Shown: in pieces, positions 17,828-25,675 of the stretch
How the letters are laid out: each line of letters opens with the position of its first letter
How positions within the stretch are numbered: the stretch's first letter is position 1
Assembly: GCA_021323375.2 (NCBI GenBank)
Contig: JAJPCT020000004.1
Coordinates: 1-42,123, forward strand
DNA: 42,123 nt
Reading direction: 5' to 3'
Origin: Candidatus Wolframiiraptor gerlachensis
Lineage (GTDB): Archaea; Thermoproteota; Nitrososphaeria_A; Caldarchaeales; Wolframiiraptoraceae
Made by a program: the position numbers and the translations under genes
The notes under the pieces: model-generated
Databases searched by the model: none
Seen by the model: the letters and a program-made list of their open reading frames with translations, nothing else
Told to the model about the DNA's origin: nothing

Positions 17828-18472
17828 ATGGGATGGGATGCGGAGTTGGGGAAGGTCAAGCCGGTGAAGGTTGACTGGCTGACGAGGACGGCGAAGGTAT
17901 CCCCTATGTCGCCTCTCATCCTAGTGGCGGAGAAGCTCGGCATAAGGTGGCTAATGCTTTTTGATGGCGAGTATGTCTATGGGTCATCGCCGGGCCTTGT
18001 TGAGGTTGCGGACACGCTGATACGCGTCCTAAAGCCTAGAAGCCTCATAGACCTCTTCGGAGGAAGCGGCGCTATCTCGAAGCTTGCGGCGATGAATGGT
18101 GTGAAGAAGATAATATACGTGGACCTGTATCCCGAAGCAGCATCCAGAAACCTGAGAAACGTGAGAGAGGTGCAGATAGTAAGGGAGGATGCATTCAAGT
18201 TTCTAAGCCGTGGGGTTAGATGCGATCTCCTAATAGCCGACCCGCCGGAAGAGCTCGTGGACAAGACCATGCGATACCTGATGCGTAATAGGCATATATT
18301 CAGGAAAGCCGCCTTGACATGGATAGGATCTGAGTGCCCGAAGAGGAAGATTGATAGCCTCTTGAGGATGAGGATGATGGAGGTTGTCGAGGTTTGGGGG
18401 GACTTCTTCCTAATCCTATGGAATCGCGGGCTGCGAGACAGGATCGAGAGGGTTAAGCAGATCCTAGAGTAG
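17828..18472 (+). CDS. Class I SAM-dependent methyltransferase (RsmD-like)
   Basis: DLFGGSG, YVD, EDAF and IADPP motifs. Confidence 0.75.
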   Translation: MGWDAELGKVKPVKVDWLTRTAKVSPMSPLILVAEKLGIRWLMLFDGEYVYGSSPGLVEVADTLIRVLKPRSLIDLFGGSGAISKLAAMNGVKKIIYVDLYPEAASRNLRNVREVQIVREDAFKFLSRGVRCDLLIADPPEELVDKTMRYLMRNRHIFRKAALTWIGSECPKRKIDSLLRMRMMEVVEVWGDFFLILWNRGLRDRIERVKQILE

Positions 18473-18529
18473 CGGCGAGTAAGGTTAAAAGGCTGAAGCT
18501 GATATTAGGTATGCTTGGGTGAGGTATTG

Positions 18530-18622
18530 ATGGGAGGCCGGCAGGTCAACCCGTATCTACCACATAACCCAGCATCCTCCGAGGAGAGGTCCGAGGAGAA
18601 GAAAAAGAAGAAGAGCAAGTAG
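18530..18622 (+). CDS. Putative 30-aa small basic protein
   Basis: Upstream AAGGTTAAAA promoter-like motif and SD GGGTGAGGT. Reads MGGRQVNPYLPHNPASSEERSEEKKKKKSK*. Confidence 0.45.
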   Translation: MGGRQVNPYLPHNPASSEERSEEKKKKKSK

Positions 18623-18780
18623 TGCCTCGGTTTAAGCGCCTGTGCGCTGAGAATGGGTGGAGGCTTTATTAAGGAAGTTTTAAATATAAAGTTCAGGACA
18701 AATATTCTTCTTCCACTCTAGAAGAAAGGTGAAAACAGTTTGATCTTAAATTTCTTAAGGAGTTCCTTTTATATAGGATA

Positions 18781-18915
18781 AAAATGGGGGGTGGGGCTGG
18801 CCGACGAGCTATAGTAGCCGGCCCGGCGGGCATTTTAGGAAACCACCACGGGAGGGCCCGTGGCGGGGCCTATTTTCCACCACCGGCTCTCCGGCTTTTA
18901 CTGCCCGCCGGCCAG
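18781..18915 (-). ncRNA. Putative guide RNA (copy 2, orphan, no protein)
   Basis: Shares the copy-1 scaffold AGTAAAAGCC, GCCGGT..GGTG, TGGTW, GGCT-N7-CTCG and GCCAGCCCCACCCC, with different but still paired stems. Guide B (18829-18840) is identical to 18969-18980. Confidence 0.8.
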
Positions 18916-18937
18916 TAGACATAGTCTTTGTTGCTGC

Positions 18938-18955
18938 CATTAAAACGCTTTATCG
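18938..18955 (-). promoter_or_regulatory. BRE/TATA promoter candidate for the orphan guide RNA
   Basis: Minus strand GATAAAGCG-TTTTAATG lies about 23 nt upstream of the hairpin 5' end at 18915. Confidence 0.55.
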
Positions 18956-19017
18956 CGTGGTATAAGAAGGCATTTTAGGAGGCCTTTCTTCTTACAGGCT
19001 CGGAGGAATAGCCTATA

Positions 19018-19329
19018 ATGAGGATAGTGGCGATAGGCGATAGGGGCTTTACGGCTCTCTGGAGGCTCGTTGGCGCTGAGGCGCTTGAGGCAAACTCGGG
19101 TGATGAGATTCAAAGGATTCTGGAGAGGGTTTTCAGGTCCGGGGAGTATTCCGTGCTGATAATCCCTGAGAGATTCTTAAATTATGTTAATGAGGTGAGA
19201 TCGGAGCTTCACTTGGAGGAACAGATTGAGCCTGTGGTGGTATTCGTCCCCGAGCCCGGTCTAGGAAGGAGGGCAGAGGATCTCAGGAGGAGAATAAGTC
19301 TGGCCATGGGGGTTGAGGTTCATGTCTAG
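19018..19329 (+). CDS. atpF: A-type ATP synthase subunit F
   Basis: MRIVAIGD..F...RLVG at the start, and P.VV.VP, AMG at the end. Confidence 0.85.
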   Translation: MRIVAIGDRGFTALWRLVGAEALEANSGDEIQRILERVFRSGEYSVLIIPERFLNYVNEVRSELHLEEQIEPVVVFVPEPGLGRRAEDLRRRISLAMGVEVHV

Positions 19330-19344
19330 AGGAGGGGTGACGAT

Positions 19345-19650
19345 ATGAGCATCGCATCACTTCTGCTTGAGGAGAAGAAGGCGATGATATATGTCGAGGA
19401 GGCCAGGAAGAGGGCTCAGGAGATTATTCAGAGGGCGAGGGCTGAGGCTGAGAGAATAATGAGGGAGGCCGCTGAAGAGGAGGCCGCTCGCAGGGAGCTA
19501 TGGGAATATGCTGAGCGCCTCAAGAAGGAGGCTGAGAAGATTATGAGCGAGTATAGGGCGAGGGCTGAGAAGATTAAGGCGATCCCGGATGAGCTGATTG
19601 AGAAGGCTGCAAGCTTGATAGTTGAGGAGGTTTTGAGCTATGAGCTCTGA
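19345..19650 (+). CDS. atpH: A-type ATP synthase subunit H/G
   Basis: EEARKRAQEIIQRARAEA coiled coil, in operon context. Confidence 0.75.
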   Translation: MSIASLLLEEKKAMIYVEEARKRAQEIIQRARAEAERIMREAAEEEAARRELWEYAERLKKEAEKIMSEYRARAEKIKAIPDELIEKAASLIVEEVLSYEL

Positions 19651-20248
19651 TCAGATTGAGGCATTAAAGGAGGAGATTTGGAGGAGGGCTAGGGAGAAGG
19701 CTGATCAAATCCTGAGGGAGGCTGAGGCCGAGGCTAGCAGGATCATCAAGGAGGCTAAGAGGAGGGTGGAGGAATTGGCTAGGAGCAGGGTCGAGCCTGA
19801 GAAGCTCCTGCTTAGAAGGAGGATCATCGGGAAGGCGATCAGCGATGGGAGGAGGATGGTTATCATGGCGAAGAACGAGGTTGTTAAGAGAGCTTTCGAG
19901 AAGGCTGTTGAGAAGCTTAGGAAGGAGGCCGAGTCCAAGTCCGAAACATACGTGAATTTCCTCCGCAGGAGCTTGGAGCGCGCCCTTGAATACGTCTCAG
20001 GCCCGGACATCGATGAGGTGGTGATCTACGCGAATGAGTCGGATCTAAACCTCGTCGCTAGCATGGTTAAGGATGCTCCGATGAGAGTGAGGCTTGAGAA
20101 ATCTCCGATAATCGGCGGTGTAAACGTCTTGAGTGCTGATGGGCGAAAGAGCTATTATAGCTCGATAGAGAGCAGGCTTGAGGCTCTTAAGCCGATACTC
20201 GGGGAGAGGGTGGCCAATCTGCTGTTTAAAGGGGCTGAGGCTGCTTGA
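19640..20248 (+). CDS. atpE: A-type ATP synthase subunit E
   Basis: N-terminal coiled coil and IIGGV....DG......SIESRL. Confidence 0.88.
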   Translation: MSSDQIEALKEEIWRRAREKADQILREAEAEASRIIKEAKRRVEELARSRVEPEKLLLRRRIIGKAISDGRRMVIMAKNEVVKRAFEKAVEKLRKEAESKSETYVNFLRRSLERALEYVSGPDIDEVVIYANESDLNLVASMVKDAPMRVRLEKSPIIGGVNVLSADGRKSYYSSIESRLEALKPILGERVANLLFKGAEAA

Positions 20249-22029
20249 GCCAGCAGGTTGGCGTGATAAAGAGGATTAATGGCTCGCTTGTCGTGGCCGA
20301 GGGTCTCAGGGGCGCAAGGACAGGTGACGCCGTATACATTGGCGAGCTCAAGCTGATAGGCGAGGTTGTCAGGATCTCGGGAGATTTGGTGGCGCTCCAA
20401 TGCTATGAGGATACGAGCGGGCTGAGGCCTGGCGAGCCCGTGATAGGAACCGGTGCTCCCTTGATGGCGGAGCTGGGGCCGGGGCTGATCGGCGAGATCT
20501 TTGACGGGCTTGAGAGGTCGGAGATTGAGCTCTGGAAGCTCACAGGCCCATTCATACGGAGAGGCGTAAGGCTGGCTCCCTTAAGGAGGGATAGAAGATG
20601 GAGGTTTGAGCCGAGGGCAAAGCCCGGAGATGAAGTTGAAGAGGGCGATGTTATCGGCGTGGTCCAGGAATCCTCCGTCGTCGAGCACAGGATTCTTGTT
20701 CCAGTAGGGCTCCAAGGCGTTATCGAGAGCATCGAGGAGGGCTCATTCACGGTGGATGATACTGTCGCCGTGCTCGTGACGCCGGATGGCGGGAGGGTGC
20801 CGCTTAAGCTTATTCAGTATTGGCCTGTCAGGGTTCCGAGGCCTTATCGCGAGAGGGTACCGATCGATAGGCCGCTGATAACTGGGCAGAGGGTGATCGA
20901 CACATTCTTCCCGGTTGCGAAGGGTGGAACGGCGGCGATCCCCGGCGGATTCGGCAGCGGCAAGACGATAACGCTTCAGCAGATAGCGAAGTGGTCTGAT
21001 GCGGATATTGTGATCTATGTTGGATGCGGTGAAAGAGGTAATGAGATGGCGGATATACTGACGCATTTCCCGGAGCTTGAGGACCCGAGGACGGGCAAGA
21101 AGCTGATAGAACGAGCAATCTTCATCGCGAACGTTAGTAATCTCCCGGTCGCGGCTAGGGAGGCCAGCGTATACATGGGCGTAACCATAGCCGAGTACTT
21201 CAGGGATCAGGGATATGATGTTGCCGTGATAATAGACTCGACTTCGAGGTGGGCTGAGGCTCTTCGAGACATATCCGGTAGGCTTGAGGAGATCCCGGCT
21301 GAGGAGGGCTATCCAGCCTACTTGGGCGAGCGCATCGCCGAGCTCTATGAGAGGGCTGGAAGGGTCGTGACCCTTGGAAGGGATAAACGGATCGGCTCGG
21401 TCACTATAATGGGCGCGGTCTCACCTCCAGGCGGGGACTTCAGCGAGCCAGTAACCTCCACGACGATGAGGTTCGTCGGGGCGCTCTGGGCCCTCGACAC
21501 CGAGCTAGCATACAGGCGCCACTTCCCCGCGATAAACTGGCTTAGAAGCTTCACAAGATACGTGGAGGTCCTCGAGGAATTCTGGGTGAAGCTCGACCCA
21601 CAGTGGAAGACATACAGGGAGAGGGCTCTCGCGATACTCGAGGAGGCATCCAGGCTCGAGGAGATAGCTAGGGTGATAGGTGAGAAGGCTCTGCCAAATG
21701 ATCAGAGGCTCATCCTCCTCACAGCCGAGATAATTAGAGAGGGCTTCCTAGTCCAGAACGCTTATCATAAGGTTGACACATATTGCCCACCGGAGAGGCA
21801 GGTTAAGCTTCTGAAGGTCATGATAGGCTTCCATGATCTCGCCTCGGAGCTCGTCAAGCTCGGTGTCCCCGTGGATAGAATTCGGAGCCTCAGGAGCGTC
21901 ATGGAGCTTCTTAGGCTCAAGGAGAAGGAGGGGCTTGAGGAGATGGATGCGGCCTATGAGCGGGTTAGAGAGGACTTAGAGAGACTTAGAATGGAGTATG
22001 AGGCTGCAGGGGTGATGCGCGGGACATGA
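20245..22029 (+). CDS. atpA: A-type ATP synthase subunit A (no intein)
   Basis: [26 protein letters not shown] and [13 protein letters not shown] motifs. Confidence 0.98.
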   Translation: MSQQVGVIKRINGSLVVAEGLRGARTGDAVYIGELKLIGEVVRISGDLVALQCYEDTSGLRPGEPVIGTGAPLMAELGPGLIGEIFDGLERSEIELWKLTGPFIRRGVRLAPLRRDRRWRFEPRAKPGDEVEEGDVIGVVQESSVVEHRILVPVGLQGVIESIEEGSFTVDDTVAVLVTPDGGRVPLKLIQYWPVRVPRPYRERVPIDRPLITGQRVIDTFFPVAKGGTAAIPGGFGSGKTITLQQIAKWSDADIVIYVGCGERGNEMADILTHFPELEDPRTGKKLIERAIFIANVSNLPVAAREASVYMGVTIAEYFRDQGYDVAVIIDSTSRWAEALRDISGRLEEIPAEEGYPAYLGERIAELYERAGRVVTLGRDKRIGSVTIMGAVSPPGGDFSEPVTSTTMRFVGALWALDTELAYRRHFPAINWLRSFTRYVEVLEEFWVKLDPQWKTYRERALAILEEASRLEEIARVIGEKALPNDQRLILLTAEIIREGFLVQNAYHKVDTYCPPERQVKLLKVMIGFHDLASELVKLGVPVDRIRSLRSVMELLRLKEKEGLEEMDAAYERVREDLERLRMEYEAAGVMRGT

Positions 22030-23426
22030 GCCTCGCAAGAGAGAAGGCCGGCCCGATCTACCGAACTGTTAGGGAGGTGAGAGGCCCGCTTCTCGTCGTC
22101 GAGGGCGTTAAGGGCGTGCGCTATAATGAGCTCGTCGAGGTTAAGCTTGCGGATGGAACAGAGATAATCGGCACGGTTTTAGATGTCTATGAGGATAGGG
22201 CTGTTGTGCAGGTTTTCGGCCAGACTGAGGGCCTGAGCCTAGACACCGCCGTGAGATTCACGGGAGATGTCATGAGAATACCCCTCTCCGAGGATCTCGT
22301 GGGCCGCATATTTAGCGGGAGCTTCCGCCCACTCGATGGGCTGCCGGAGCCGATAGGATATGAGAGGAGGGAGATCTTCGTTTCGGTGATAAATCCGGCT
22401 GCGAGGGAGCCCCCCAGCGAGTTCATGCAAACAGGGATCTCGGTTATCGATGGGATGAATGCGCTTGTCAGGGGCCAGAAGCTCCCGATATTCTCCGAGG
22501 CTGGCCTGCCGCATAACGTGATGGCGGCCCAGATCGCGAGGCAGTCAACCGTGCTGGGCTCGGAGGAAGAGTTCGCGGTAGTATTCTGCGCCATGGGGAT
22601 AAAGCATGAGGAGTACGAGTACTTCAGGAGAGAGTTTGAGAGGACCGGCGCGCTTGATAGGGCTGTCATGATACTCAACTTGGCCGATGATCCGATTATC
22701 GAGAGGATAATCGCGCCTAGGATCGCCCTAACCATAGCCGAGTACCTCGCATTCGACCTCGACATGCACGTGCTCGCAATCCTGACCGACATGACTGGCT
22801 ACTGCGAGGCCCTGCGATCGATCTCAATAGCCCGGGAGGAGGTTCCTGCTAGGAAAGGGTATCCGGGATACATGTACAGCGATCTTGCCTCGATCTATGA
22901 GAGAGCTGGGAAGATTAAGGGTAAGAAGGGCTCGATAACCATGATGCCTATTCTCACGATGCCGGGTGGGGACATAACCCACCCGATACCCGACTTGACA
23001 GGCTATATCACGGAGGGGCAGCTGATACTCAGCAGGGAGCTTCATGGCAAGGGGATCTATCCGCCCGTGAACCCGCTCCCATCGCTCTCGAGGCTGATGA
23101 AGGATGGCGTCGGTCCCGGAAGAACTAGGGAGGATCACATGGAGGTCGCGAACCAGCTCTACATGGCTTATGCCGAGGGGGTAAGGGCTAGGGACCTCGC
23201 GAGAATAATCGGAGAGCTGAGCCTAAGCGATAGGGAGAGAAGATATCTGAGGTTCGCGGAGGAGTTTGAGAGGCGCTTCATCAACCAGGGCATCTATGAG
23301 AATAGGCCGATAGAGAGGACGCTTGAGATAGCGTGGGAACTTCTCGCAATGCTGCCGGAGGATGAGTTGGTGAGGATAAGCGAGGAGAACATTAGAAAGT
23401 ATCATCCTAAGTATCGGTCGGCGTAA
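22026..23426 (+). CDS. atpB: A-type ATP synthase subunit B
   Basis: [17 protein letters not shown] and [14 protein letters not shown] motifs. Confidence 0.98.
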   Translation: MSLAREKAGPIYRTVREVRGPLLVVEGVKGVRYNELVEVKLADGTEIIGTVLDVYEDRAVVQVFGQTEGLSLDTAVRFTGDVMRIPLSEDLVGRIFSGSFRPLDGLPEPIGYERREIFVSVINPAAREPPSEFMQTGISVIDGMNALVRGQKLPIFSEAGLPHNVMAAQIARQSTVLGSEEEFAVVFCAMGIKHEEYEYFRREFERTGALDRAVMILNLADDPIIERIIAPRIALTIAEYLAFDLDMHVLAILTDMTGYCEALRSISIAREEVPARKGYPGYMYSDLASIYERAGKIKGKKGSITMMPILTMPGGDITHPIPDLTGYITEGQLILSRELHGKGIYPPVNPLPSLSRLMKDGVGPGRTREDHMEVANQLYMAYAEGVRARDLARIIGELSLSDRERRYLRFAEEFERRFINQGIYENRPIERTLEIAWELLAMLPEDELVRISEENIRKYHPKYRSA

Positions 23427-23430
23427 GGCC

Positions 23431-24057
23431 ATGTCCCTGAGTATACGATATACTCGTGGATTCCTCCTAGATCTCAAGAGGAGGCTATCATTTGTCCAGA
23501 GAGCGCATGATCTTCTTGAGATGAAGAGGGATCAGGAGATAAGGGAGCTTAGATCGGCGATTGATAGGCTTAGAGACCTGAGGGCGGTCCTCGAGAAGAA
23601 GGCTGAGGAGGTTCTCAGGGACTTGGCGATGCTCCAGGCGGTCTATGGCTCCCAGGAGATCATATCGGCCTCCATGCTCATGGATGAGAGGATTGAGATC
23701 GAGGTGCTGCCGAGAAATGTGATGGGCGTCAACGTCCCCATTATAAAGATCGTGAAGATGCCGGAAGTGAAGGGCAGATACCCGCTCCACGTCGAGGGCC
23801 TTGCCGAGAAGGTGAGGGGGCTTCTTGAGGACCTCCTAAGAGTCGCGGAGGTCGAAGCTTTCGTGGAGCTCGTCGCCGAGGATTTGAGAAAGACGAGCAT
23901 CAGGGTTAACGCCCTCGAGAAGGTCATCATTCCAAGCTATGAGGCCACGATAAGAAAGATAGGAGAGGTTGTCGAGCAAAGCGCTCTCGAGGACTTCATC
24001 AGGGTGAAGCTCGTGAAGAGGGCCTTGGAAAGGAGGAGGGGGTCGGAACGAGCCTAA
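23431..24057 (+). CDS. atpD: A-type ATP synthase subunit D
   Basis: TR..L..LKRRL, LLEMKRD, NVMGVNVP and RVNALEKVIIP motifs. Confidence 0.95.
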   Translation: MSLSIRYTRGFLLDLKRRLSFVQRAHDLLEMKRDQEIRELRSAIDRLRDLRAVLEKKAEEVLRDLAMLQAVYGSQEIISASMLMDERIEIEVLPRNVMGVNVPIIKIVKMPEVKGRYPLHVEGLAEKVRGLLEDLLRVAEVEAFVELVAEDLRKTSIRVNALEKVIIPSYEATIRKIGEVVEQSALEDFIRVKLVKRALERRRGSERA

Positions 24058-25040
24058 CATACCTCATATGCAGGGTTCATGGCTATGAGACCCGGCTAAT
24101 AAAGCCAGACCGAATACTGGAGCTAGCATCTCTAAGCAGCCTCGAGGATCTGGTTAGGGCCCTAGGCGAGACAGATTATGGCCGATACCTCTCCGGCGCC
24201 AAGACCCTTAGCGAGATTGAGCGGAGGCTGGCCGAGGCGTTCATCAGCAAGCTCACACCACTCCTAGAGCTGGCTTCGGGTGGGATGCGGAAATTCTTCG
24301 AGGCATATCTCAGGAAGTATGAGGTTCTAAACCTGACATGGATTCTGAGGATGAGGGCTGGGGGCGCTTCAAGGGAGATGATAGGGCAGATTCTACTGCC
24401 AACAGGGAGGCTTGGCGGGATCGATCTAGAACCAATCCTCGAAGCGGAGAATATCGAGGCTGTGAAGAGGATCCTGCGGCAATCCGGAGCCTACAAGATA
24501 CCAGAGGATGTGGAGGATCCATTGCAGCTGGAGGCCGAGCTCTGGAGAAGCCATTACCAGAGAGTCTTCAAGCTCGCCTCAAGGACCAGGATCAGTGATA
24601 GCAGGGAGGTTAGAGGATTTCTGGGCATAGAGCTGGATCTCTCCAACCTAAGAACATGCATACTAGCCCTGCTCAGGAACTGGGATCCGGAGAGGATCCG
24701 GGGGCTCTTAGTGGATAACCCGGCTGGAACATCATTAAAGCTCCTCCGAGAGCTAGTTGAGAAGAAGGATCCACGCATCTTCATGGAGCATTTCAGCAGG
24801 TTCAGGAGCTTTCTGGAGAAGGCGGCATCAGGAGATGTATGGCTCATGGAGATCGAGGCCCTGAGAATTCTCAAAAGATACGTGGATTCCGAAAGGATCA
24901 ACAAGTTCATAAGTTTCTTCTATATCCTGAGATACATCCTAGAGCTTGAGATAGAGTATAGGAACCTCCGCGCGATAGCTGTCGCAATCCATCATAACCT
25001 GCCACAGGAATCTAGGAGAATGCTACTGATCACAGACTAG
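24048..25040 (+). CDS. atpC: A-type ATP synthase subunit C; apparent start codon reads ACG
   Basis: The frame is open from 24048 and gives the subunit C N-terminus (SLTYLICRVHG...L..TDY). Also IELDLSNL and EYRNLRAI. SD GGAGGAGGGGG precedes ACG. Confidence 0.85.
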   Translation, partial: TSLTYLICRVHGYETRLIKPDRILELASLSSLEDLVRALGETDYGRYLSGAKTLSEIERRLAEAFISKLTPLLELASGGMRKFFEAYLRKYEVLNLTWILRMRAGGASREMIGQILLPTGRLGGIDLEPILEAENIEAVKRILRQSGAYKIPEDVEDPLQLEAELWRSHYQRVFKLASRTRISDSREVRGFLGIELDLSNLRTCILALLRNWDPERIRGLLVDNPAGTSLKLLRELVEKKDPRIFMEHFSRFRSFLEKAASGDVWLMEIEALRILKRYVDSERINKFISFFYILRYILELEIEYRNLRAIAVAIHHNLPQESRRMLLITD

Positions 25041-25246
25041 CCGAACTTGAAGAGCCGCAGGAATATCAAGCCTAGGAGGATTGGAAGAACTGTCCCGAGA
25101 ATTATTGCCACGGATATTGCTCGATGGAGGCTCGGCCCCTCAATGATATACGCGATCCCGATAAGCTGCAATGATATCAGTATCCCAAGATAGAGGAGTA
25201 GTATCCTAAGAAACCTCCTCCTGATATTCTCGCTCGGGGGACCCAC
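25037..25246 (-). CDS. Small 2-TM protein downstream of atpK
   Basis: Two hydrophobic helices, on the same strand as atpI-atpK. Confidence 0.55.
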   Translation of the reverse strand: MGPPSENIRRRFLRILLLYLGILISLQLIGIAYIIEGPSLHRAISVAIILGTVLPILLGLIFLRLFKFG

Positions 25247-25300
25247 GTAAGTAATGTTTTATCAAGCTTGTGATAACTTTAGCATCTGCGTAGAGCGGTG

Positions 25301-25630
25301 TTAGACAGTGGTTATCCATATCAGGATGGCGATGAGAAGACCATAGATCGCGATACCCTCGGCGAGGCCCGCGAAGATTATGGCCCTGCCCAGTATCTCG
25401 GGTCTCTCAGCGGCGCTTGCCATCGCAGCGACAGAGACTCTTGCGACAGCATATGCCGCCGCCACCCCGCAAATGGAGACGCTTAGCATCATGGCGATGA
25501 ACTTTATGGACTCCACCTCGGCGGCCTCCGGCGTTAAAACGGCCTCCTCGGCTGCCACGGATGATATTATGAGCACCGGGATTAGGAGCGTGAACAGGGC
25601 TGCTAGTATGGGTTCAAATCTTAACCGCAT
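25301..25630 (-). CDS. atpK: A-type ATP synthase subunit K (c, proteolipid) with N-terminal leader
   Basis: AERPEILG..IIFAGLAEGIAIYG with the conserved Glu. Confidence 0.92.
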   Translation of the reverse strand: MRLRFEPILAALFTLLIPVLIISSVAAEEAVLTPEAAEVESIKFIAMMLSVSICGVAAAYAVARVSVAAMASAAERPEILGRAIIFAGLAEGIAIYGLLIAILIWITTV

Positions 25631-25675
25631 GTCTGATCAGAGAAACCCGGGCTGGTCAGCTAATTAACCTTCCCT

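Noticed and set aside
18285-18295. AATAGGCAT as the left junction of the orphan element
   Set aside because: It lies inside an intact methyltransferase ORF about 500 nt away, and only 4 of 7 left-half bases match. Likely chance.
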